Of a DNA stretch of 43,616 nt, positions 1 through 12,690 are shown in pieces. A model generated the notes under the pieces. It had not been told where the DNA came from. It saw only the letters and a list, made by a program, of their open reading frames with translations, and did not search any database. The position numbers and the translations under genes are program-made. The stretch covers positions 101,243-144,858 of the forward strand of contig NC_057755.1 in assembly GCF_004010195.1 (NCBI RefSeq). The letters are read 5' to 3'. Each line of letters begins with the position of its first letter. Position 1 is the first letter of the stretch. This DNA comes from Chiloscyllium plagiosum. Lineage: Eukaryota.

Positions 1-36
<36 letters not shown>
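1..36. repeat. (TG)n(AG)n compound microsatellite
   Basis: Direct reading: tgtgtg... followed by agagag... Confidence 0.95.
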
Positions 37-39
37 TGA

Positions 40-780
40 TGGTGCCATAGTGAATTAGCTGGAGAAGATCCTGCGAATTTAGGTTCAGATGAATCAAAGT
101 GTCCCTCCTTTGAAGTTTACCGAATCTGCCCTCCCTGGGTGAGAATGGGAAGAGATTATTTACCAATCTTACACATTGTGTGAGGACGAATATTTTAATG
201 AAGTGGATATCAGAAAAAAACCCTCCAGGTCTTGCAGGATGGCACAGATTCATGATGGAACACATCCCAAGGATTATCTGACAAATATGGTGCACCATGG
301 AACAGAGTAATTTTAAAGGACATGGCGGCTATTCCTAAATTACATAGACATGTACCAATCGGCGATACTGATTAGGGCATTTATATAGCCGTAAGGATTG
401 GTATATAGGGGTTTGGGGACACAGAGTGGGGTTGTGTGAGGCCCAGTAAATACGAGTATAGTAACTAATGCTCCCGTGGACGAGAGCTTCAGTGGACGTA
501 TGGCGAGAGGAATAATCTAGTGTAGTGTAATACAATTTAATCTTATTGGATTGTACTTTAATTCAATACTATTTCATTTAATTTGAGTTTATTTTAACTT
601 GGGTTAAGTTAAGCAACAACGAGACGATTGTATTCTGAAAACTAATAGGTACTATACTGTTAACACTACCGTAATGTAATAATGTGGCATTATTTTTGAT
701 TTTCGGTATTTTTGTAATTTTAAAACTTACTTTTGTAAGTTATTTTTGTAAAAGAGTCAACAATTTTCTTTAAATAAAAG
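40..780 (+). mobile_element. Degraded LINE-1/Tx1-clade 3' end (ORF2 C-terminus plus 3' UTR)
   Basis: About 168-348 translates, with a frameshift and stops, as LTHCVRTNILMKWISEKNPPGLAGWHRFMMEHIP/KDYLTNMVHHGTE*F*RTWRLFLNYID. This resembles the C-terminal W..PP...W...W..FL.Y pattern of fish L1 ORF2. A T-rich UTR follows and ends at AATAAAA near 773-779. Confidence 0.65.
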
Positions 781-869
781 TGTGTGTATTTGCGCGTGTG
801 TGTCTATACACACACATATATATAAACACTCAGTCATTCACATTGACAGTATTGCATGTTTTATACAGT

Positions 870-1110
870 ACGTATAATACATATTCTGTATTTTTGCATA
901 GAGCTCTTTATCTGTGTATAGATATTGTTTTGCATTGGAGCTGATCGAGTTTATGTGTAAATATTATTGTGCATTGGAATCATCTGTGTTTATGGATAAA
1001 TATTATCTTGTATGTGAATTGTTTGTTTATAAATATGAATATTGTTGTCTGTGGAAACCGTTCATATTTATATGTAAGCATTAGTATATGCTGAATATGT
1101 GCCTGTTTCC
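870..1110. repeat. Degenerate AT-rich tandem repeat, about 39-bp period
   Basis: Successive copies tctgtgtatagatattgttttgcattggagctgatcgag / tttatgtgtaaatattattgtgcattggaatcatctgtg / tttatggataaatattatcttgtatgtgaattgtttgt. Confidence 0.55.
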
Positions 1111-1289
1111 TACTTATGAATAAAACTATGTCTGACCATGTGGTGTGAATGTTGAGTCCCTCCTGTGCTTTGGGATGGATCTGCAGTCCCAGTGACCACC
1201 AAGGGGCAGTTGCACAAAGCAGCATCTGTCACATGCCAGCGGTATGGGGAATAAATAGGCAGGAACACCTAATCTCTCATTATATATTT

Positions 1290-1690
1290 GGGGAAGAATA
1301 ATTTAAGAGAACCGGGGTAAAGAGAGGGTTAAAAAGCGATAGAAAGGTAATCAAAGATTGTGCTGGGGAGAGAATTCAATAGAGAATAATGGGAAGAGGA
1401 TTAAATAGACAATAATAAAGAGAGGGTTGAGTATAAAGTAATAGGATAAAGATTAAATACTAGGGAACCAGGAGAGGGTGAAAAGCAGGAGAGGAGCATG
1501 AGACTTAATGCAAAGTAATAGGGAGAAGTGCAAATGGAAAGAAATGAAAAGAAGATTGAATACAGTACAGTAGGGAAATGGTTAAATACAGGCGAAAAGG
1601 TAATGGTTAAATACAGATGGAGAAGATTAAATAGAGAGTAATCATGAGAGGGCTACGAAGACAGCAAAAGATAGAAGATCATATACAGAT
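1290..1690. repeat. Degenerate purine-rich minisatellite, 26-bp period
   Basis: Copies at 1365, 1391, 1417 and 1443: ggggagagaattcaatagagaataat / gggaagaggattaaatagacaataat / aaagagagggttgagtataaagtaat / aggataaagattaaatactagggaac; the ggttaaatacag motif recurs further on. Confidence 0.7.
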
Positions 1691-1789
1691 CGAGGAAGAG
1701 TGGAAGTTTGACACTGATGCGGTTTAAAGAATGGCAATGCCTTGGAAAGGCTCTGGGAGGAGATTTGTCGTGGAAAGTCGCAACAGGTC

Positions 1790-2310
1790 TTTCAGGCTCT
1801 CAAGTCTGTTCTGCCATTCAATGGCTGATCTGTGGTCTAACCCCACATTCCTGTCATTGAACCTTATCCCTTAATAGCTATGCTTAACAAAAGACAATCT
1901 ATCTCAGCTTTGAATTTAACAACTGGCCCAGTTTCCACTGCTGTTTGTCAAGAGATTTGCAAATATTCACCGCCCTCTCTGCGTGGACGTGCTTCCTAAC
2001 ATCTCCCCGAGTACTCTGGTTCTAATTCTCAGACTATGTCCCTTTGTTTTAGAATCCCAATCCATTTGAAATATCTTATTTCTATCTACTCTGTCTTCTA
2101 ATTTCTAGAGAAACCAGGCCCAATTCCTGTAATCTCTTCTAAATCTACCTAAACCTCGAAAGTCAAGGTATCTTTCTTGCAAATTTTCATTGTACTTCCT
2201 CCAAGTTCAATGCCTCCGTCCTAAGGTGTGTTGCATGGATCTGCTCACAGTACTCTAAGTGGGATCTCATCAGGGCTTTCTACAGCTGCAGCATAAATTC
2301 TGTTGCCTTA
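1790..2310 (-). mobile_element. Old CR1 LINE 3' fragment
   Basis: Reverse complement of a CR1 ORF2 end and 3' UTR: ctgttctgccattcaatggctgatc... and ...ctgctcacagtactctaagtggg (HLEYC-type motif on the minus strand). Confidence 0.7.
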
Positions 2311-5300
2311 CATGGGGCGAGAGGTTCGCTGGCGAGACCAGCATTTATTGCTAATTCCAGGCATCAGTTAACAGTCAGTGACCTTGCTGTGAAACATCAG
2401 TCACACATCACTTAGACCACGTGAGGTTGGCAGTTTCTTTCCCAATCAGTGTTTTTTTTTTTCTTAATACTGGAAATGATGAGGTAAATATCCTCTGTAA
2501 GCTTCGTTTTAGTATGTTCTGATATACTTATTTTCTGAGTGAGCCTTGTTTTACACTGCTGAGATGTGGTCGACTACAACATAGTTAAAATCATAGTGTG
2601 CAAGACTCACTGCTCGCAGGAAGATGACTCGGATCTGTGAAGATTTGGAGGTGACGGTGTTGTACTGGGTTGGCAAAGTTATAAAAATCTGTGAAGTACA
2701 CACGTTTACAACTGTTTACACCTGGCATGTTACTGAAACACTGATTCCTGGTACACAACTGGCCTGATACCCTGTGAAATTCTGTACACATCTGCCACGG
2801 TCCTGACACAGTGTGAAACCCTGCCCATACGTGGTGGGATCCTGATATCGTGAAATACTGTGCACACCTGGCGGTCTCGATACACTGTGAAACCCTGCAC
2901 ACACCTATCTGTGTTCCATTATACTGTGGAACCCTGTGCGTACCTGGAAGCTTCCCGATACACTATGAATGCTTGTTTAAACTTGGCAGGATTCTAATAC
3001 ACTGTGAAACCCTGTACACACCTGGCAGGATCCAGTTACACTGTGTCACCCAGTGCCGTATTTGCAGGATCCTGATGCAAGGTGAAACCCTGTACACCCC
3101 TGGCGGGGTCCTGTTATACTTTGAATCCCTGTTTTCACCTGGCAGGGTCTTGATTCACTGTGTAACCATGTGCACTCCTGGGAGGATTCTGATAATCTGT
3201 GAATCCTTGTACACACCTGACAGATCCTATTCCACTGTGCACACCTGATTTTGCCCTGATATATTGTGAATCCCTGTACGTACCTGGCAGGGCCCTGATA
3301 CACTGTGAAACCCTATTCAGACCTGGCTTAAACCCTGTACACAACTGGCACGTTCTGGATACACCGTGAAGCCCATTTGTACACCTGGAAGTATCCTGGT
3401 GCACTTAAAAACCCTGTACACAACAGGCACAGTCGCATTACACTTCAAGCCTGAACACACCTGGCAGGGTTCTGATACGCTGTGAAACCCTTTTTCCACC
3501 TGGCAGGCGCATGATACACAGTGAATCCTGTACACAACTGAAATGATCTTGTTCCACTGTTCTACCCTCTGCACATCTGTTAGAATGCCCTGCGAAACCC
3601 TGCACAGGGTCAGGTTTTCTACACGAGGAAACCATATACACAGCTGGCAGGGTTCCGATGCACTCTGAAACCGTGTCTGCAGGATCGTGTTACAGAGTAA
3701 AACCCTGTACAAATCTGGCAGGATCTGGATCCACTGTGAAGCTTTGAACACACCCGACTGTGATTCGATACTCTGTGAAACACTGTTTACACCGGCAAAA
3801 TCCTAATACACTATGGAAGCCAGTATGCACCTGGCATGATCCGGTTGCACATTGAACCTGTACAATCCTTGCAGGCTCCTGTTACACTGAGAAACCATGC
3901 ACGCACCTGGAAGGGTCACGACACGCTGTGAAACCCTGTACAAGCCTGGCAGGGTCTTGACACACTATACAAACATGTGCAAACCTGGCAGGATTCTATG
4001 ACAGTGTGAAAACCCATAAAAAACCTGGAAGCATTCCGATACACTTTGAAACCCTTCACATGCCTGGCTGCATCCTGATCCACTTTGAATTACTGTTTAC
4101 ACCTGGCAGGATTCTGATTCACTGTGTAACACTGTGTACTCCTGGCAGGATTCTGATGCACTCTGAATCCATGCACACACCTGGGGGGACGCTATTCCAC
4201 TGTAATACTCTGCACACACCTGGCAGTGTCCTGATATATTGTGAATCCCTATACACACCTGGCAGGGCCCAGGTACGCTGTGAACCCCTGTACGTACCTG
4301 GCAGAGCTGTGATAAACTGTTACACCCGATTCAGTCCTGGCAAGGTCGCATTACTCTGAAAACCTGTACACAACTGGTAGTCTCCGGATACACCGGGAAG
4401 CCCATTTGTACACCTAGCAGTATCTTAATACATAAAAGAAAACGCTGTGCACACCAGCACAGTCGAATTGTACTTCATGCCTGATCAAACCTGGCTGGGC
4501 TCGGATACTCTGTGAAACTCGTTTCCATCTGGCAGGATTTCATTACACTGCAAACCTCTGTACACTCCTGGCAGGATCCTGATACCCTGTGAACCTCTGT
4601 ACACTCTTGGCAGGGTCCTGATACACTGTGAAACCCTTTGCACACCTGGCAGGATCCTGATTCACTTTTTAACCATGTACTCACCTGGCAGGTCCCAAAA
4701 CACTCTGAAACCCTGTTTCACACGTGGAACATTGTGATACATTGTGAAACGCGGTATTTTACCCGCAGAATCCTTTTACAGACCTGCACAATCCTGGCAG
4801 AGTCCCTATCCTCTGTGAAGCCTTGGACACACCTGGCCATGGCTCAATACAGTGTGAAACCCTGTGCACACCAGGCAGGGTCCCTTTACACTGTGAAACG
4901 CTGTACACACCTGGCAGAGTCCCATTGCACAGATAAACCATATTCACACCTGACAGGGACCCATTACAGTGTGAAACCCTGAACATACCTGGCAAGGTTC
5001 TGATACACTATGAAAGATTGTACACACCTGGAAGGATCCTGATTCACTGTACACACCTGGCAGGATCGCGTTTCATCGTGAAACCTGGTACATACCTGGC
5101 AGGATCCTGATTGAATGTGAAACCATGTGCACACTTGGCAGTGTTCTGAAACATCGTGATCCATGTTTATAACTTGCCGGATCTTGTTAAACTAGGAAGA
5201 TATGTACACATCTGACAGGGTCCCGATACACTATTAAACTCTGTACACAACTGGCCGGGTCCTGACAGACTGTAAAAACCTGTTCACTCCTGGCAGTATA

Positions 5301-5954
5301 CTGTTATTCTGTGCAACCGTGGGCAGTACGTGCAGGATCCTGATGCACTGTGAAACCCTGCAAACACTTGGCAGGGTCTCGAAATACTGCAAAACCCTGT
5401 ATATGCCTGGCAGCGTCCTGATGCACTTTGAATCCATGTTTGCATCTGGCAGGATCCTGATTCACTGTGAAACCCTGTCCGCTCTTGGCAGGATCCTGAT
5501 ACACTCTATGCTTCTGTGCATTCCAGGCAGGATTCTGATACTCTGTGAATTCCTGTACACACCTGGTAGGATCCTGTCGCAATGCCCTTTGAAACTCTGA
5601 ACACACCGGTCAGGATCCTGCTACACTGGGAAACCATGTACACACCTGGAGGGTCCCGACGCACTCTGAAACCCTGTATGAACCTGTCAGGATCGTGTTA
5701 CAGAAATAAACCCTGTACAAATCTGGCAGGATCCGGATGCACTGCGAAGCTTTTGACACACCTGACTGTGACTCAATACTCTGCGAAATCCTGTTTACAG
5801 CGGCAAGATCCTGATACACTGTCGAACACAGTATTCACCTGGGAGGATCCGGTTGCACATTGAAGCACTGTACAATACGTGCAGGGTCCTGGTTCACTGT
5901 GAAACTCTGTACACATGGCAGGTTCCCGAAACATTGTGATTGCCAGTACACACG

Positions 5955-6357
5955 NNNNNNNNNNNNNNNNNNNNNNNNNNNNNNNNNNNNNNNNNNNNNN
6001 NNNNNNNNNNNNNNNNNNNNNNNNNNNNNNNNNNNNNNNNNNNNNNNNNNNNNNNNNNNNNNNNNNNNNNNNNNNNNNNNNNNNNNNNNNNNNNNNNNNN
6101 NNNNNNNNNNNNNNNNNNNNNNNNNNNNNNNNNNNNNNNNNNNNNNNNNNNNNNNNNNNNNNNNNNNNNNNNNNNNNNNNNNNNNNNNNNNNNNNNNNNN
6201 NNNNNNNNNNNNNNNNNNNNNNNNNNNNNNNNNNNNNNNNNNNNNNNNNNNNNNNNNNNNNNNNNNNNNNNNNNNNNNNNNNNNNNNNNNNNNNNNNNNN
6301 NNNNNNNNNNNNNNNNNNNNNNNNNNNNNNNNNNNNNNNNNNNNNNNNNNNNNNNNN
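5955..6357. other. Assembly gap (N run)
   Basis: Run of N inside the array. Confidence 1.
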
Positions 6358-6822
6358 AAACCCTGTAAACACGTATGGGGATCCTGTTACACAGTGAAGC
6401 TATGTACACACCTGGCAGGGTCCCAATAAACTCTGAAACCGTGTATGCACCTTTCAGGATCCTGTTAAGAGTGAAACCCTGTACAAATTTGGCAGGATCT
6501 GGATCCATTGTGAAGCTTTGGACACATCTGACTGCGACTCGATGCACTGCGAATCCCTGTACACACTTGGAAGCGTCCCACTACACTGTGAAATCCTGTA
6601 CATGGCTGGCATGGTCTTGTTACAGGATGATAGGCTGTACACACCTGGCAGAATCCCAATACACTGTGAGAACCTGTACACACCTGGCAGGGTTCCTATA
6701 CTTTGTGAAACACTGCTAACACCTGCCAGGATTCTGATACGCTGTGAAACCTGATACTCATACGGCCGTCGCCTGATACAATGTGAAACGGGGTCGAGTT
6801 GCAGTGTGATACCCTGTACAAA

Positions 6823-7048
6823 GTTGAAGCTTTATTGCTGGAACAGCACAGCAGGTCAGGCAGCATCCAGGGAACAGGAGATTCGACGTTTCGGGCACAG
6901 GCCCTTCTTCAGGAACGATTCCTGAAGAAGGGCCTGTGCCCGAAACGTCGAATCTCCTGTTCCCTGGATGCTGCCTGACCTGCTGTGCTGTTCCAGCAAT
7001 AAAGTTTCAACTTTGATCTCCAGCATCTGCAGACCTCACTTTCTCCTC
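6823..7048. mobile_element. Palindromic Penelope-like terminal-repeat mini-element inserted in the satellite, 15-bp TSD
   Basis: GATACCCTGTACAAA flanks both sides (6808-6822 and 7049-7063). Inverted arms of 97 bp (6819-6915 / 6919-7015, one mismatch) surround a 3-nt loop. The arm closely matches the terminus of the RT-bearing Penelope fragment at 26790-26856. Confidence 0.9.
6917..6954 (+). ncRNA. Minimal type I hammerhead ribozyme motif (Penelope-associated)
   Basis: Stem I GATTC (6917-6921) pairs with GAATC (6950-6954); core CTGAAGA (6922-6928); an extra A, then stem II GGGC-ctgt-GCCC; GAAA (6942-6945); palindromic ACGT stem III; GTC cleavage triplet (6947-6949). A mirror copy with a weaker stem I lies on the minus strand. 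Confidence 0.8.
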
Positions 7049-10000
7049 GATACCCTGTACAAACCTGGTGGCGTCCTGATGCACAGTGAAACCCTGTGGT
7101 CACTGGTAGGATCCCGATGCACTGCGAGCTTCTGTACACACCTCTCACCGTCGCGTTACACTGAAACCCTGTACGCTTCGGGAAGATTCCATGTACGCAG
7201 TAAAATCCTATTTAAAACCTGGCCGGATCCTTGTCCATTGTAATACCATGTACACACCTGGCACTGTCGCGTTACTCTGTAAGCTGAACACACTTGGTAG
7301 GTTCTGATACTCTGTGAATACCTATACACACCTGGCATGATCCCAATACACTGTGAATCCCTGTTCAAACCTGGCACCGTCGAGTTACACTGCAAGCCTA
7401 AACACACCTGGTAGGTTCCCGATATATTGTGAAACACTGTAATCACTTGGAACAGTTGTGTTGCAGTGTGAAAGCCTTTACACACGTGGCAGGGTCCTGA
7501 TACATGGTATATACTGGGTAAGATCCTGATAAACTGTTAATCCCAGTTTACAACTGACTGGATCCTGATATACTGTGAACCCACGTACACTCTTGGCAGG
7601 ATCCTGACATACCGTGAAACCCTGTACAGCACTGGCAGGATCCTATTACAGTGTGAATCCCTGTACACGCCTGGTATGGTTCCGATAAACTGTGATACCG
7701 TGCACACACCTGGGAGAGTTCCAATACACTGTAATACCCTGTATACACCTGGCAGTATCCTGATATACTCTGACATCCTGTCCATTCTGGCGGGGTCCTC
7801 ATACATTGTGATACACTGTGCACACCTGGCAGAATCCTGTTCCACTTTGAAAAAATATATACAAACGGCAGGGTCCTGATGCACTGTGAAAACACTACTT
7901 ACACCTGGCAGGATACTGATACACTGTGGAAACAGGGATGAACCTGTCATGGTCCCTTTGCACATTGAAACCCTGTACAATCCTTGCAGGGTCACTATAC
8001 GCTGTGAAACCCTGTACACACCTGGAAGGTTCACGACACACTGTGAAACCCTGTACAGGCCTGGCAAGGTCTTGACACACTATGAAACCGTGTACAGACC
8101 TGGCAGGATCCTATGACAGTGTAAAACCCTTTACACACCTGGCAGGATCGTATGACAGTGAAAAATACTGTACACACCTGGCAGAGTTCCAATACGCTTT
8201 GAAGCCGTGTGCACACCTAGCAGCATCCTGATATATTGCAAAACCCTCTTCACACCTGGCAGGATCCTGTTCCACTGTGAAAATCTGTACACAAATGGCA
8301 GCGACCTGACACACTGTGTAACCGTGTACACACCTGGCAGAGTCCAGATGCACTGTCAAATCTTGTTTACACCTGTAAGTGTCACGATACATTGTGAAAC
8401 CCTGTACGCACCTGGAAGGGACACGACACGCTGTGAAACGTTGTACACGCCTGACAAGGTTTGGAAACACTAGGAAATCGGGTATACATCTGGCAGGATC
8501 CTATGACATTGTGAAACCCTGTACACACCTGACAGGGTGTCAATATGATGTGGAACTGTGAACACACGCAGCAGGTTCCTGACACACTTCGAAACCCTCT
8601 GCACAACTGGCGGGATCCTGTTAGTCTATGAAATCCTGTTCCCACATTGCAGTGTCCCGATCCACTGAGAAACCCTGTACACACTTGACTGTGTCCTGAT
8701 ACACAGTGAAACTCAGTAACCAACTGGCAGGGTCCTGATGCACTGCAATCTTCTGTACACACCATTCACACCTGATACACGGTGAAATCCCGTACACAAC
8801 TGACAAGGTCGCGTTCCACTGTAACCCTATACACATCTGGAAGGTTCCAATTACGGTGTGAAACTCCATTAAACCTGGGAGGTTTCGGATCCATTGTGAA
8901 GCCATGTACACACCTGGCACGGTCGCCTGAAAACACCTGGCAGGATTCTGATACATGGTGAAATCCTATACACACCTGGCAAGATCCCGATATACTGCGA
9001 ACCCTTGTTTGCAATTGACAGATCCGAATACACTGTGAAGCCATGTACAATCTTGGCAGGATCCTGATAAACTGTAAAACCCTGTGCACTCCTGGCAGGA
9101 TCCTGATACACTGTGTATCCTTATACACGCCTAGTAGGGATCCGATACACTGTGATACCGTGCACACACCTGGCAGAGTTCTGATACACTGTGAAACCCT
9201 GCATACAGCTGGCAGGATCCTGTTCCACTGTGAAAACCTGTACACAACTGGCAGGGTCTTGATGCACTGTGAAATCATGAACACACCTGACAGAGTCCCG
9301 ATACACTGTGAAACCCTACTTACACTTAGCAGGATCCTGATACACTGTGAAATGTTGTTTACACCGAGCAGTATCCTGATACACTGTGGAATCCAGTATG
9401 CATCTGGCAGAATTCGGTTGCACATTGAAACCCTGGACAATCCTTGCAGGGTCCCAATACACTGTGAAACCCTGTACACACCTGAAAGGGGGACGGCACC
9501 TTGTACACGACTGGCAAGGTCTTGGAACACTATGAAACCATGTACATACCTGGCAGGATCCTATGACAGTGTGAAACGCTGTACAGACCTGGTAGGATCC
9601 CGATACCCTGTGAATCCGTGTTTGCAACTGGCAGACCCTGTTACACTGTGAAGCCAGGTCCACACTTGGCAGGATCCTGCTACACTGTGAAACCCTGTCC
9701 ATTCCTGGCCGGATCCTGATACACGATGTATCCCTTTGCACGCCTGGTAGGGTTCCGATACACTGTGAAACCGTGCACACACTGGCAGAGATCTTATACA
9801 CTGCAAAATCATGTATACACCTGGAAGGATTCTGATATACTCTGAAAACCTGTACACACCAGACAGGATTTTGTTCCACTGTGAAAACGTGTACACAAAG
9901 GGCAGGGTCCAGATGCACTGTGAAACCGTGAATGCACCTGGCAGAAACCTGTTGCACTGTGAAAACCATGCTTACGCCTAGCATTATTCTGATACACTGT

Positions 10001-10748
10001 GGAATCCAGTATGCACCTGGCAGGATTCGCTTGCACACTGAAACCCCGTACAATCATTGCTGGGTCCCGATACTCTGTGAAACCCTGCACACACCTGGAA
10101 GTTTCACGACACGCTATGAAACCCTGTACACGCCTGGCAAGGCCTTGACACATTATGAAACCATGTACAGACCTGGCAGGATCCTATGACAGTGTAAAAC
10201 CCTGTACATAGCTGGAAAGATCGCGATAAATTGTGAATCCCTGTTTGCAACCGGCAGATCAGGATGCACTGTGAAGCCATGTATACTCCTTACAGGATCT
10301 TGATACTTTGTATATCCCGTACATCCCTGGTCGGGTTCCGATACACAGGAACTATGCACACACCTGGCAGAGTTCTGATACACTGTAAAACCCTGTATAT
10401 ACCTGCAGGATCCTGATATACTCTGAAAATCTATCCAGTCTGGCAGGGGCCTTATACATTGTGATACATTGCGCACACCTGGCAGGATCCTGTTCCACTG
10501 TAAAAACCTGTATACAAATAGCAGGGTCCTGATGCACTGTGAAACCGTGAACACACCTGGCAGGATCCTGATACACTGTGGAACCTAGTATGCACCTGGC
10601 AGGATCCGGTTGCACATTGAAACCCTGTACAATCCTGACAGGGTCCCGATACACTGTGAAACCCAGTACACATCTGGAAGGTTCCCGATACGCTGTGACT
10701 CCCTGTACACGCCTGGCACGGTCTTGAAACGCCTGGCACGCCTGGCAC

Positions 10749-10933
10749 GAGTCGTGAGTTCATGGAATGCCCTGCCAGTAGCAGTGGTGGACTCTCCCTC
10801 TTTATGGGCATTTAAACGGTCATTGGATAGGCATATGGAGGATAGTGGGCTAGTGTAGGTTAGGTGGGCTTGGATCGGCGCAACATCGAGGGCCAAAGGG
10901 CCTGTACTGCTCTGTATCTTTCTATGTTCTATG
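10749..10933 (+). mobile_element. 5'-truncated CR1 LINE 3' end inserted in the satellite
   Basis: Encodes VVSSWNALPVAVVDSPSLWAFKRSLDRHM (CR1 ORF2 C-terminus), then the 3' UTR gggccaaagggcctgtactg and a (TTCTATG)n tail. Confidence 0.92.
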
Positions 10934-12690
10934 AAACCGTGTACAGACCTGGCAAGATCGTATGACAGTGGGAAACCTTGTACACACCTGGCAGGGTCTC
11001 GATACGCTGTGAAACCGTGTACATACCCAGCAGGATGCTGTTAGTCTGTGAAACTCTGTACCCACCTGGCAGTGTCCGATACACTGAGAAACCCTGTACA
11101 CAAATGGCAGGGCCCCGATGCACTGCAATCTTCAGTACACACCTGGCAGTGTCCTGATACACTGTGAAACCCTATATACACCTGTCAAGGTCGGGTTATA
11201 CTGTAACCTTGTTCACATCTGGAAGGTTCCAGATACGATGTGAAACCCCTTTTACCCTGGCAGGTTCCTGATCCATTGTGAAACACTGCCAACACCTGGC
11301 AGAGTCCTGATATGCTGTGAAGCCTGATACACATCTGGCAGGCACCTGATTCAGTGTGAAACGTTTTACACACCTGATGTGGTCCACTTGCAGTTTGACA
11401 CCCTGTACAGACCTGGCAGCGTCCTGATGCACACAGAAACCCTGTGGTCGTCTGGCAGGGTGCCAATGCACTGTGAACTTCTGTACACACCTGGCAGTAT
11501 CCTGATCCACTGAAAATCCCTGTACATGCCTGTTACGGTCGTGTTACACTGAAACCCTGTACACTTCTGGAAGATTCTATGTATGCGGTAAAAACCCTAT
11601 TTAAACCTGGCAGATTCCTGATCTATTATAAAACCATGTACATACCTGACATTGTCGCGTTCCTCTGCAAGCCTGAACACACCTGGCAGGTTCTGATACT
11701 CTGTGAATACCCATGCAATCCAGGCAGAATCCCAACACATTGTGAATCCGTGTTCACACCTGGCACAATCGGGTTACACTGCAAGCCTGAACATACCTGG
11801 GAGGTTCCCGATACATTGCGAAACACTGTAATCACTTGGAACAGTCGTGTTACAGTGTGGCAGTCTTTACACACGTGGCAGAGTCCTGATACATTGCGAA
11901 ACATTGTGCATACCTGGCAGGATCTTGTTCCTCTTTGAAAGCCTGTACAGCAATGGCAGGGCCCTGATAAACTGTGAAAACTTGTTTACACCTGGTAGAA
12001 TACGGATACACGTGGAACCCAGTATGCGCCTGGCAGGATCCGGTTGTACATTGAAACCCTGTACAATCCTTGCAGGGTCCAAATGCACTGTGAAACTCTG
12101 TACACATCTGGAAGTGTCACGACATGCTGTGAAACACTGTGCACGCCAGGTAAGGTCTTGACACACGATGAAACCGTGTACACACCTGGCAGGAGCCTGT
12201 GATAGTGTGAAATCCTGTACACACCTGGCAGGGCCTCGGTACGCTGTGAGACCGTGTACATACCTAGCAGAATCCCGATACACTGCGAAAGGCTGTGCAC
12301 ACCTGCCAAGGTCGCGTTTCACTGAAACCCAGTATACATCTGGAAGGTTCTGGATATGCGTAAAACCTCTTTAAACCTGACAGGTTCATGATGTATTGTG
12401 AAACACTGCCAACACCTGGCAGGATCCTGATACGCTGTGAAACCTGATAATCATCTGACAGTCGCCTGTTCCACTGTGAAACGCTGTACACACCTCGGGG
12501 GATCGACTTGCAGTGTGACACCCTGCTCAAACCCGACAGCCTCCTGATGGACAGAGAAACACGGTGCACATCTGGTAGGGTCCCGATGCACAGTGAACGT
12601 CTAAACACACCTGCAATTTTTCTGATTCAATATGAACCCATGTACACACCTGTCACGTTCGCGTTAAACCGAAGCCCTGTGCACTTCTGG

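Noticed and set aside
5773..6547. Long ORFs crossing the first gap
   Set aside because: Their length comes from N bases translated as X.
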